Assembly (NCBI GenBank): GCA_048213135.1
Contig: PS015097.1
Location: forward strand, 10,679 to 74,678
Direction: 5' to 3'
Length of the DNA stretch: 64,000 nucleotides
Origin: Reclinomonas americana ATCC 50394
Taxonomy: Eukaryota
In this document: positions 1 to 12,101 of the stretch, piece after piece
Position numbering within the stretch: position 1 is the first letter of the stretch
How the letters are laid out: every line of letters begins with the position of its first letter
Notes under the pieces: model-generated
What the model was told of the DNA's origin: nothing
Seen by the model: only the letters and a program-made list of their open reading frames with translations
Database searches by the model: none
Translations under genes and position numbers: made by a program

Positions 1-1794
1 GTGTGGATAGCGAGGGGGGAAGAGGGAGACACAGAGAGGGAGACGGGGAGGGAAGGTAGCCTGTGTGGGATGGACACCACTTCCACTCGCTCGCTCACAA
101 AAGATTGAGAGTGTTTTTTTTGCTCGCGATGTAACGTCGCGAATCGTGTCCGGCTCGAAACCATGCCTCTCTCCGCCTCTCGCGTGCCACACGCTCGGTC
201 TTGGTGCTGGCTGGGTAGTGGTGTGGGATGGTGGTGCCGGGAAGACAGCCGGTGGTCGGTGTGGCGAGAGAAGAGAACAGACAGTGTGCGGCGAACAAAT
301 TTGAACGATTGTGTCTCAATCATGTCATGCTCCGCGTCGCATCACTGACAGTGGTGCGACAATTATTCGCCACTCGGGTGATGTTGTTGTGCGTGTGTGT
401 GTCACCGGATGGTGGTGCCGAGGCCGCGTCGATTCGAAGCGACGCAATCAAGGTGCTTTCGACCGCTCATTCCGAATGGAGAACGGAAACCGAACATGGG
501 CATAATTTTGCGTCGTCGTCATGCCTGTGTGTCTGTGCGGTGCCGAGCCGTGTGGTGGTGCGTCGGCGGTGTGTCGCTGGTGCGCCCACTGGTGGTGAAA
601 TTGATGGAGGTGGTGCGTAACGGTGCAGATCGAGATGAGAGTGAATCCGAACCCGATGCGGGTGGACTGTTGTCGGTCGGGACATGCACCGAGACGCGTG
701 CGTGTGCGCTGAGTGCGAGAGGCACGCGCTCCGCTCCTCTGACAACACCGTGGCGGTTGACTGATCATTTGGGGCAGAGGAGGAGGAGGAGGAGAGTGTG
801 GCGGATCGGAGGATCTCCCACATCCAACCAGTTCCGCAGCTCGGCGAGAAGAGCTGAGAGAGTTGGACAGGGTAAAGTATATATTGGGATAGTCAACGTA
901 TTACGGGCAAACACGCCAGAGACACCATGCCGCACACCGTTGTGTCGTATTTCCGACAGCACAATCTCTGGCAAGAAACCGAACACAGTCCTCCGCGAGC
1001 ATGAAACACGCAGCCAGGAAGACGCAGAGAAGAACTGACACTACCGCACTGGAATAGTGGGGTTGGAGAAACAGCGAACAGTCGTGCACGGCTGACCAAG
1101 CGTTTCGCATTCCGACGATTCAATTACATCTTCGTTCGATTTTTGTTGCCTTTCGCTCCCAACCCTTGCCGCCTGACCTGTTAGCGGTTCTGATGGTGAT
1201 CCCCCATGCTACTGGCCCTCGTGCACATGCATGCTGAAGTGCTGACGTCGGCAGGTGATGACGACACACGCTGCGCGTGCCGCAGCGCATGAGCGCATGC
1301 ATCACGATCTGTCCCCAATCGACACGCAGGGTTCTTTCAATACATTCCATTGCATCACCTTCACCCACTGCTGCACCATAGCATCAATCTTGTCACTCCG
1401 GTGCGCACTCCACACATCGATTTTGTCGACTTGTCCAAAAAGTGTGCATCAATGTCGACGTCAGCGTCGTTGTGCATCAGTTCGTCTTGCTCCAGATCCA
1501 CGCGCGAACTGGACCGGACCGCAGCCCACGAGACGGCCAGCAGTGCCGTTACATGATCAACGCGGCGCGCATGCTCGACGTCGTTTACGAATTCGGAATC
1601 GATTCTCCCGCCCGCGCATGTGATACCAACCTGCAATTCCCGATCCAGTCTTCGCGCCCACACCACGCGCCAATCTCCATACACACCAACACCGGCGTGC
1701 GCGCCAATTCCACTCTCGCCGCAAACGTCGATATCGAGCGGTACCAGGACAAATACTTGGGACGGGCCTTCAATCTCCACGCACCACCGTCGCC

Positions 1795-4700
1795 ATGACG
1801 ACGCCACACGGGCCTCTGAGCCTGCCCGTTCCACCACAACCTCTCGCACACCAACAAATGCCCTCCTCCACCGCCTCGTCGTCCTCATCAGCGTCGCCGG
1901 TGACTTCGCCCCGACTGACTCTCGGCCCGCCCGGCGAGCCCGCCTCGCTGACCAAGGCCGGCGGCGGTGTCTCTGCAGCAGTGGAGTCGCCTGCTGATGC
2001 AGATGGTCCACACATGCCACCAGTGGCGACGGCCACTGGCGCACTGCGTGTGCTCCGCAAGGGCTACGTGCACAAGCAGGGCGAGAAGGGCTTTCTGATG
2101 AAGAACTGGAAGCGGCGGTGAGTGAGAGTGTGTGTGTGTGTGAGAGAGAGAGAATGTGTGTGTGCGTGTGTGTGCGTGACTGACGCGGATGCGCAGCTTG
2201 TTGTGTCTCTTTGCGCCGCCGGGCCTGCGTTTTGCATACTATGATGAGGTACGCACATCTGCTCCCTCCTCTCACACGCACCCACTCACTCACTTGCTCA
2301 CTCTCCCAACTGCACACACGCACACACAGAAAAACAAAATCCGCGGCTCTTTCGAGGTGGCCGTGGATACGCGACCTGTGAAGAACCCGCCAGAAGTCAA
2401 CCGAGCANNNNNNNNNNNNNNNNNNNNNNNNNNNNNNNNNNNNNNNNNNNNNNNNNNNNNNNNNNNNNNNNNNNNNNNNNNNNNNNNNNNNNNNNNNNNN
2501 NNNNNNNNNNNNNNNNNNNNNNNNNNNNNNNNNNNNNNNNNNNNNNNNNNNNNNNNNNNNNNNNNNNNNNNNNNNNNNNNNNNNNNNNNNNNNNNNNNNN
2601 NNNNNNNNNNNNNNNNNNNNNNNNNNNNNNNNNNNNNNNNNNNNNNNNNNNNNNNNNNNNNNNNNNNNNNNNNNNNNNNNNNNNNNNNNNNNNNNNNNNN
2701 NNNNNNNNNNNNNNNNNNNNNNNNNNNNNNNNNNNNNNNNNNNNNNNNNNNNNNNNNNNNNNNNNNNNNNNNNNNNNNNNNNNNNNCACACGTTCTCGCT
2801 GCAGGCGGCGTCGGGTCGCACCTATTACATTTCGTGCCCCAGCGATGAGGATCGCCGAGGTGCATTTCACTCGCCCAACTGCCCTCGCCTCACTCATCCA
2901 TTCACTCACTCGTGGATGCAGACTGGATTGGGGCGATTCAGGATGCGCAGTTCATGGAGCAGGAGCGCAAAACCGTGGAGGATCTCAATCGACTGGCGGC
3001 GTGGCACACGGGCGAGCTGCGCTCCATGTTCCAGGCCGACATCACGGTGGAGATTGACTGGAGCAGTTTTCCGAGCATGAATCACCGCTCGCAGACGGCC
3101 CCGCTGGCATACCGCGACTTTTTCGTGCGGCGGGTGTTCCCACGACTGGCGCTCATGGGCCAGAATCGATACGATCGAGTCTCGTTTTCGGCCGCAGTGC
3201 GCAAGATCCGTGTGGCGCGCTCCGCCANNNNNNNNNNNNNNNNNNNNNNNNNNNNNNNNNNNNNNNNNNNNNNNNNNNNNNNNNNNNNNNNNNNNNNNNN
3301 NNNNNNNNNNNNNNNNNNNNNNNNNNNNNNNNNNNNNNNNNNNNNNNNNNNNNNNNNNNNNNNCTGAGCAGCAGCACAGTGGCTTGGTGGCCGGCGGACT
3401 GCTGGTGCTGCTGTACCCGCCCACCGACTCGTTCTCTGTGGACATGATCTTGCACCAGATTCGGCGGCAGTCGCCGCTTCTCGAGGTGAGGCTGGAGTGG
3501 GAGGCGGTTGGTGATCCGCATTGTGCCGACGTTGTGATTGAATGCACGCAGTTGGTGAAGACCGGTCTCGCGGGCACGAGCAGCAACCTGTCTGCGTCAG
3601 TCGGTGCCTCGATTGCGGTCGAGGCCGACACGGCGCTGATTGTGACTGCGCCGGACCCGCAGGTGCGAAAGATAATACCCTTCCTCGAGAAGGTGCCGAG
3701 TTCTCATCTTTCCCTCTCTGCAGAGCATCTGCGATTGCTTCCGGCAACGGCCACCACTGCCGGCCCTCGAACAGGCACTGTTGCAGTTGGCGCGCTCTTC
3801 CCACAGTACGAGGGAGTTGTATAGCAAGGCGCTGAAGCGCATTTTGTTGCGTTCAATTGTCGTCGTCCACCTCGGATGTTCATTTGGTTGATCTCACTCG
3901 CCATCGCCGCAGACTCGTGTACAAGGAAGAGGGCGACAATGATCTGGGTGCCGTCTTCCGTGGTGATGAGTTTGTCGTCGATTACCGCGTGGATGAGCAC
4001 GGTGTGGCGCAGTTGCCGTCGACCGAGGTGCTGCAGGCGGTTTTGTCGGAGGTACGTATTCTCGGTGAAGCAAGCGTGATGGATCGTGTGCTGAGGGAGC
4101 AATGTGCACAGTGGGTCAAGCATGTGTCGATTGCGGTGTTCATTCGAGGCAAGCCGCTGCGCACGCTGCGCGCCGACTTGCAGCAACTGTTGGGCAAGGA
4201 TGTTGCGTGCGATTCGAGTTGCTTCCAACTGCTGCTGCTGCTGCTGCTCATCACAGGTGTTGCGCAGATTCAACTCGTGGTTCGCGAGGATGAAATCCTG
4301 CACGCCCGCTCGGTGGAGTTTGCGGTGCTTTTCTACCGCAAGACCCTGCTGCCAATGACGAAAGCAGTTGTGTTTTGCTGCTTCGCCAACTGTTGATATG
4401 ATGTGGCACTCATTGATCTACAGGGTCTCGAGCTCGCATGTGGCGACGCCCTCGGACGAGCTCTCATTATCAAGCACTTGTCGCGCATCGAGTTTGGGTG
4501 AGCAACGCATATTTGCTGTTCCTCACACTGGCGATTGATCACTCAGCAACTCGCCTGCACTGCAGTTTGGTTCCTCGTGAGCGTGCATACGACGACTCGA
4601 CGTCGCCCGTGTCATGCACACTGGAACAGGGTCTGGTGGTGCGGGCCATTGACGTGGACGGTGACGACACGTTCCAGTGTGCACCGGTGAGGCAGCATCG

Positions 4701-7297
4701 CTGCGCATCACTGCTCAAGTTAGAGACTCATCGTATCTTCTGTGGCGCACCAGGCCGACGAGATCGCCATGACACTGGGTGCGTGTTTCGGGCTGAACTC
4801 GATTCGCCTGAAGAACCTCCTGGAACAAGAGGTGGAGCTTGCACAGGCTGTAGTGTCGAGTGTGTACGGCTACGGCATTGAAGTGCAGGTAGTGTTCTTG
4901 TTCCACATGGAGTACTTGATTCTTGTGCTCGTCTCACCTCGACCGCCCCAGGTCGACTACGCGAGCTTCCGCGAGCACCTGGACAGCGAATTCTGGCAAG
5001 GCCACGTTCTTGCCTTGCTGCGACAAAAGGACTGTCTCAAGAACATGGCGCTCGGCGTGAACTACTGCGTGCAGTCGCGTCCAGCCTCCCTCAAGGCCGA
5101 CATTCTCGCTCACTTCCGCGAGACGGTCTCTGTGCTTCGCGTGCGGTCTGTATTGCCGTGCTTCCCCTCATTCATACCACGTGCTGGCGCTTGTCGTTGC
5201 TCACATGCTTGGTGGTCACAGCATGGCGCCGACTCGCGACTCGCCCGAGTATCTGGTGTGGGACGCTGTGTCGAAGCACTTGTATTATGAAATCAATGTG
5301 TTGTCCGACGGTTCTGGTGCGTGAGTGGTGGATTGTGCTCTTCAGCCTTGTTTGCTGCACTCTGTAACACTTCCCCTGTTCTGGCACACAGTGTCGGCAC
5401 TGTACGAACCGGAGGATGTGGCGCGCGCCATTGGGTTTGAGATCTGTTTGGAGGATCGACTCATCTCGGCGAGCATGGTGCAGCGGTCGAGGAGGTGCGA
5501 TGTGTTGGCCAGGAAGCATGCTCACCTCTCTCTCTCTCTAACGTGCCGAGCTGTTGCAGCTACACTGACGCATTCACGCGGATCATGGAGGCACAGATTC
5601 GCACGCCTGTGGAGGTGAGTGCTGCTTTGTCGACCAATCGTGAACTGCTGTTCATGTAGCTCACCTTTTCGTTTGCTGCAGTTTGCTGTGGAGACATATC
5701 TCGGCCTGCGATTCGCGCCAATTGCACTCAAGATGTTCCTGGTGGAGGACAATCCGAGCGTGCCGCCGTCGTCGGTGCTGCTGGCCTTCAAGGACGTTGC
5801 GTTTTTGCTCGCACACTTTCGTTTATTTTTGAAACTGCTGGCTCACACGTGGTCGCTTTCTTCTCTCTCCCCAAGATGCATCGCGAGCTCGGCGACTCAT
5901 TCCGGCTGCTGCGCGAGATGGTCGGCTCGTTCTGCTTTGTCAACACAGCGTGCCCGCTGAGCAGCTCGCAGCCGTTTGACGACATTGCGGCGCGAGAGGT
6001 GGCCTCGCGCGAGTTGCAGAATGCGATGCGGACGCGGAATGTGGTACGCACGGGCGACTGCATGGCACTCACTGCCGACAAGCAGTGCATTGTCATGACT
6101 GCGTTTGAGTGCGAGTCGTGGGCGGGCCCCGATCGCAACGAAGCGGCCACCTTTTTCCGAGTGGGTTGTATGATGACTCCGTTGCTCTCCCTGTGCCTTT
6201 GCGGCTCACAGCGTGCGATTGTAGTCGCTGGCGGCTGCCGCCTTGGCACGCGAGAATGAGCGTAAACGCCGTGAAGAGGAGGCCAGGCGAATGGAGGAGG
6301 AGGCCAAGCGGCGTGCCGAGGAAGAGCGCAAGCGCATCGAGGAGGAGAGGCGACGCGAGGAGGAGGCCCGTCGGCTGGAGCGCGAACTGGAAAAACGCCG
6401 TCTCGAGGAGGAGGCCGCTCGGCGGGCAGCAGAGCTGGAGCGCAAGGCCGCCGAGGAGAGGGCGTGGCTCGAATCCGAGGCGCGCCGCATTGAAGAAGGT
6501 GTGCAGGCGTGAAGGGAAGGGAAAACTCATTTGCGAGAGTTTTACTGATCGCCTTCCAACGCAGAGAAACAGCGCCTGCTTCGCGAGGAGCAAGAAGCCG
6601 AAAAGCGTCGGCAAGAGGAGCGGAGGTGAGTGTCGCCAAAACGCGCTTGGTATTGTGCAAGCAACTCATGTGTGGCGGTGTGTGCAGACGGCAAGAGGAG
6701 GAGGCGCGGCGACAGGATGAGATGCGGCGGCAGCGTGAGGAACTGGAGCAGAAGCGCGCCGAAGAAGCACGTGCCGCCGAGGCCGCACGCCGAGCTGCCG
6801 AGCTCATCCGCTTGCGACAGCAGGAGGAGGAAGCGCGGCGGAAGCGAGAGGCGGAGGAGGCGGAGACGCGTCGTCGAGACGAGGAGGCCATGGTGCGCCT
6901 GCTGACCGAGGGCGCACTGCTCACAAAGCACGGACGACGCGGTTCGCCACACACACGCTGGGTGTCGGTGGACATCACGAAGCGGATGCTGTCGTGGACC
7001 GACGAGCAGCGCAAGCGCACCGAGCGCGAGTTCCCGCTCTCCGACTACAACACCATCAGCGAAGGCCTCTCGACCGACATTCTGCGACGAACAGGCTCTG
7101 GTGAGATCGCACCTTCCCACATCGCCAAGAAGCAATCGATAGCTCACTCTTTCACTTATGCAGCTGTCAACTCAAACTTGTACTTTTCACTGGTGGGCCC
7201 CGGTCGCTCGCTGGACTTTGAGGCTCGCACCAAGGCGCAGCGCGATGAGTGGGTCAACGCTCTCCGCTTTGCACTCGGCCCGCAAGGCAGGCAGTAA
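1795..7297 (+). CDS. Large multi-exon protein: N-terminal PH domain, several ~130-aa repeats of an unknown domain, an E/R-rich single-alpha-helix/coiled-coil segment and a C-terminal PLC-like PH domain; interrupted by two assembly gaps
   Basis: N-terminal PH motifs LRKGYVHKQGEKGFLMKNWKRR...TYYISCPSDEDRRDWIGAI. C-terminal PH motifs LTKHGRRGSPHTRWV...SLDFEARTKAQRDEWVNALRF. GT-AG splicing joins the exons in frame on each side of the gaps. Confidence 0.75.
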
Positions 7298-7412
7298 ACG
7301 CGACGACGACCTTTGTATGTCCTGTCCGGTCGCTCGCAATCTATTCCGATCATTGTTGTCGAGCGTTGAGCAAGTGAGTGAGTAAGCAGAGAAACAACAC
7401 ACAAGAACAAGC

Positions 7413-8703
7413 ATGGTTCTCTTGCATCTGAAGGGGAAGACGGAGAAGGAGCAGTTCCTGGTGGAGATCCCATCGGCCTCCTCGTGTGATGACGTGGCCC
7501 GACAACTGGCGCTCATGTGGAACAACAGGTGCCGGCTAGTGCGCCTGTGTGCAGTTGCGCGCAACACACACACACACTCAAGGGAGAGAGAGAAGCAGAG
7601 AGACAAGCAAAAAGAGTGATCATCGGTCAAAGAGTGGACGGTGGCAGTTTCGCGCGTTTACTCACTCTGACACTCTTTCTCTCACACAGGTTGTTGATGA
7701 CATTAGCAAGTACGGCAAGGCACGTACAGCAGACGAGTATCAGGCGTTCATGTCAAGTCTGGAGACTGAGCGTTGCGTCTTTCTGCTCACAATCTCTCTC
7801 TCATGCACACACAGTCGTCTCACACCTCTGTGCACTCAGTCGACACCTCCAATCCCAATGTGGACCCCAGTGGCTTGCGATACACGGGTCGTTGCGTCTA
7901 CTCACAGACACACAAGCACACACTCTTCTCTTTCTCTCTTGCTCACTGATCGCGTGCTGGACAGCTCCTTCTGCTGACATGGCCGCACTGTTGGATCGAA
8001 CGCGGAGAGAGGCTCTTGCAGTGGTGCGCCTTGTCCCTCTTCTCTCACATGTGGTGTGCGAGAGAGCATGACTGATCACATGGTGCGTGGCAGCTGGACG
8101 AGACGCGACGACCACTGACCAACGAGATGATGGAGGAGCAGTTTGCGAACCTGCGAGGAGCCCTGATGATTGTGTACCCGGAGGGATTGGGGGAGCACGA
8201 TCCGGCCATGGTGATTCTGGAGGGCCGTGATGCGGAGGAGGGCGGGCAGGCCACGGCGGACTGGCAGAATCCCGACTCGTGTGTGGTGTGGTGGGCCGGC
8301 AAGCAGCTGACGCGTGACAAGTCGCTGGCCGAGTTTGTCGGCCGCAACGAGAAGACGAAAGTCATTGTCAAGCTGGCCAAGGTGTGTGTGTGTATCTGAG
8401 CCTCTGTGCTATCATGCGAGCCTGACACTTGCTTTGTGTGCCTGCAGCGTGGCTCTGGCCCACCGGTGCGCGAGGCTCCGCTGGACACTGATCAGCAAAA
8501 GGAACTCATCTCGTACTACCACAAGAAGCAGGAGGAGCAAAAGGTGTAGTGCGATTCGTTGTTGTTCTTCGTGTCGTTGTTGCTCACTGGCATCGCAGCG
8601 CCTCACGGAGGACGAGGAAGACACACATTTCAACTCGGCGTGGGCGAATCCGCGCGGCCTGAAGAACTCGTTCCAGGGCATTGGCAATGTGTCGTGGCGC
8701 TAA
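7413..8703 (+). CDS. CFAP298: Cilia- and flagella-associated protein 298 (C21orf59/FBB18) homolog
   Basis: MVLLHLK start. Motifs LRGALMIVYPEGL, VWWAGKQL, FVGRNEKTKVIVKL, RGSGPPVRE and NSAWANPRGLK match the family. Six GT-AG introns give a continuous frame. Confidence 0.9.
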
Positions 8704-8813
8704 TAGAGAGAGACAGATACAGAAAGAGAAAAGTGAGAGACACACGCAGTGAGAGAAAAGACATGTTGTGGTCCTTGGTGAAGAATTTAACAACAAAACA
8801 GAATGCGCGCTTT

Positions 8814-10616
8814 TCACTTGGATGGGTGATGCACGAGGAATGGTGCGTCGTCGNNNNNNNNNNNNNNNNNNNNTCATCCAACAGGAATGGATCCGTGGGG
8901 TCGGCGGCAGCACCGGCACGTGGTGGTGGCCGCTGCGTGCTGCTGCTGCTGCTGCCACCGGCGGCCGCAGTGCCGTGCACCATGACGGAGCCCGGCGCCG
9001 AGGACAAGCCACTCGCGTGCTGGTGCGAGTAGACCTTGGCGTAGCTGAGGGCGACCGGGTCGCGCGGTGCCAGTGCGGCAGCGGTGAGGTCGGTAGACAT
9101 GCGCGAACCAGCTCCCCCACCTCCTCGCCTCGCGGGGAGCGGACGCAGTGGCTCGGATTCCCGTGAGGAGACCGCGGAGTCTGCCACAAACACGCGNNNN
9201 NNNNNNNNNNNNNNNNNNNNNNNNNNNNNNNNNNNNNNNNNNNNNNNNNNNNNNNNNNNNNNNNNNNNNNNNNNNNNNNNNNNNNNNNNNNNNNNNNNNN
9301 NNNNNNNNNNNNNNNNNNNNNNNNNNNNNNNNNNNNNNNNNNNNNNNNNNNNNNNNNNNNNNNNNNNNNNNNNNNNNNNNNNNNNNNNNNNNNNNNNNNN
9401 NNNNNNNNNNNNNNNNNNNNNNNNNNNNNNNNNNNNNNNNNNNNNNNNNNNNNNNNNNNNNNNNNNNNNNNNNNNNNNNNNNNNNNNNNNNNNNNNNNNN
9501 NNNNNNNNNNNNNNNNNCGAGTGAGTATGAAAGGCAACAAAGGCTCTTGAATGAGAGAGACACACACCTCCCATGTCGAGGGTGAAAGCCGACGTTCCCG
9601 TTCCCGTCAGTGCGTCCTCGGTGAGCGCTGCCGCCTGCAGCGACGCTTCGGCTTGCCGCAAGTGTTCCTGTACGCGAAAAAGATGAGCAAATACAAGCTT
9701 TTCCACGCACACGTGCATGTGGTGATGACGCAACTCGCCGCCGCACGAGTGCGTCCATCACGGGTGCCGAGATGGTGGAAATGTCCGAGTCGAAGGAGGT
9801 CGGTGGGTGGTCATCGCGGTCCTCAAAGTTCAGGTCCATGAAAAAGTCCTTGCCGAAGCGGTTCTTCTTGTCCTTGCAGGCATCGTCGATCTCCAGGCGC
9901 GTGAACCGCAGCACGCCGGACACGATGAAACCGGTGTTGAAGCCGAAGCGGAACATGAGCTTGTTCTTCTTCTTCTTGCCCTTGAAGTGAATGACGCGAA
10001 TGTAGACGTCGGCCAGCGGCGGCAGCACCAGGCCCACGGGTATTGAAATGGCTCCATCTTTCTGCTCAAAACGCCTGTGCCGCGGTGGAGCAACCATTCA
10101 GAGTTGCGACAAAGATGAGAGAGAGAGAGAGAAGGAAACGCACTTTGGCAACTCCGTGTCCATGAGGCCGGAGCTGACGGCGGGACAGGAGCTGAACAGC
10201 AGCTTGGACTTTTGGTGCTGCGTCGGCGCCGATCGCACCTCCAGCACCGGTCGACAGCCGCCATTGTGATCAAAATTCGGCACCGCATACAGCACCACCT
10301 CGGTGAGGCAACGGACCTGGACGAAAAAGAGTCACACCCCTGACCACGCCAAAAAAAGGCACAGAAGAGAAAACGTACCTTGGCCTCCGGTCGCCGACCC
10401 GCAATCAGCTCGCTAAAGTACTGCACGTAGCGGCGCTGCGACGGCTGCTGCACGCCACGGTTGATGTGCGAGCGCTGCTCGGCGAACCAGTCGAGCGCGT
10501 CGGATCCCGAGTCGAACTTGCCATTGTAGACCATGTATGACGCAATCACCGTGCCCGTGCGACCGCGACCGGCCTGGAGAGGAGGAGGGAAGGGAGGGAG
10601 GAAGATCGTGGAGTGA

Positions 10617-10657
<41 letters not shown>

Positions 10658-11873
10658 CGCGAGGAGGAAGAGGAGGAGGAGAAGAAGAAGAAGAAGAAGA
10701 AGAAGANNNNNNNNNNNNNNNNNNNNNNNNNNNNNNNNNNNNNNNNNNNNNNNNNNNNNNNNNNNNNNNNNNNNNNNNNNNNNNNNNNNNNNNNNNNNNN
10801 NNNNNNNNNNNNNNNNNNNNNNNNNNNNNNNNNNNNNNNNNNNNNNNNNNNNNNNNNNNNNNNNNNNNNNNNNNNNNNNNNAGAAGAAGAAGAAAGAGAA
10901 GAATGGGGAGGAGAAGAAGAGGAAGAAGAAGAAGGAGAACAAGGAAGAGGAGAAAAAGAAGGAGAACAAGGAAGAGAAGAAGAAGAAGGAGGAGGAGGAG
11001 AGGGAGGAGAACAAGAAGAAGAAGAAGAAGAAAGAAAGAAAGAAAGAAACACAGAAGAAGAACAAGAAGAAGGTGGAGAGGAGAGAGAGATAGACAAAGA
11101 AAGAGGAGGAGGAGGAGGAGGAAGAAGAAGAAGAAGAAGAAGAATACAAAGAACAACAACAAGAAGAAGAAGACGAAGAAGGAGAATGAGAACAAGGAGG
11201 AGGAGGATGAGGAGAAAGAGAAGAAGAAGAAGAACAACAACAACAACAACAACAACAACAATAACAACAAGAAGAACAAGAAGAAGGAGAAGGAGTGAGG
11301 AGAATGAGTGAAAGAGAGCCAGCAGGGCGATCAAGTTTGACAATCAAGAGAACTGACCAGGCAATGCACGGCGACAGCATTCCGCGGATCCTCCTTGAGA
11401 TACTCATCGATTTTCGTGCAGATCATGTAGAGGTAGTCCATGGGCGGGGAGTGATGATCGGGGAAGCCGTACTCCTCCACCGCATTGTCGAAATCCCCAT
11501 AGTTATACTCAATCTCCGACAGATTGAAGACGCGATAGTGCCCGAGACCGTGTCGCTTGCGAAAGTACGCCGCCACCTCCGTAATCGGATTGCGCCACAG
11601 CTGCGCAATCCCAGACGCAGGGAATGCCATGGCTAAAACACACACAGAGTGCGTGTGAGAAGAAAGTCAGACAGTGTGTGACATGCCCGCTCTCTCACTC
11701 GCACCAATGAGCTTCTCATGCGGCTCATCGCAGATGTATGAGCAGTCGAGGTCGGTCCAGAAGCCATCGCGCGTGCGGATCTTGTCGCCAGAGACCAGTG
11801 TGCGCAGGAAGAGCACCATCAGCCGGAAGGGCCAGATGAGAATGCGGTACAACCATAGGCACGGGTTGGCCAT
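8814..11873 (-). CDS. PTEN-like phosphatase with phosphatase and C2 domains and a low-complexity tail; spans gaps
   Basis: LRTLVSGDKIR, DLDCSYI, IAMAFP, WRNPITEV, YRVFNLS, FPDHHSP, a P-loop HCL|AGRGRTG spliced across an intron, GVQQPSQRRYVQYF, and C2-type MFRFGFNTGF...LEIDDA. Confidence 0.85.
10621..11300. repeat. Purine-rich (GA)n/(GAA/GGA)n/(CAA)n low-complexity tract in a PTEN-like gene intron; contains a gap
   Basis: Simple repeats are directly visible in the sequence. Confidence 0.9.
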
Positions 11874-12101
11874 AAGGAACGCGACAACACACACACACTC
11901 AGCGCGTAGAGAGAGTGTGTGTGTGGCAACAAGCGTGACTCACACAAACAATGTCCCGCAAGAATCCGAGAACCTCTTCACGGTGGAGCATTGACGCACG
12001 CACGCACACAAGGCCGCGTGTCTGCTGTCTCTCTCCTTTGCTGTCTCACACTCGGAGCTCGTGTGCACGCGCGCGCGTGTGTGTGAGCAAGTGAGTTTGC
12101 C

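Noticed and set aside
1-1790. Several ORFs upstream of the PH gene on both strands
   Set aside because: I could not build a coherent spliced model or recognise homology. The region may be degenerate coding or intergenic sequence.
4245-6225. First AG after the branch point skipped (about 4256 and 6211)
   Set aside because: These AGs lie only a few nt from the branch A, so skipping them is ordinary spliceosome behaviour.
9830-11407. Long ORFs through the GAA/CTT tract and N-runs
   Set aside because: These are artefacts of low complexity and gaps within a PTEN-like intron.
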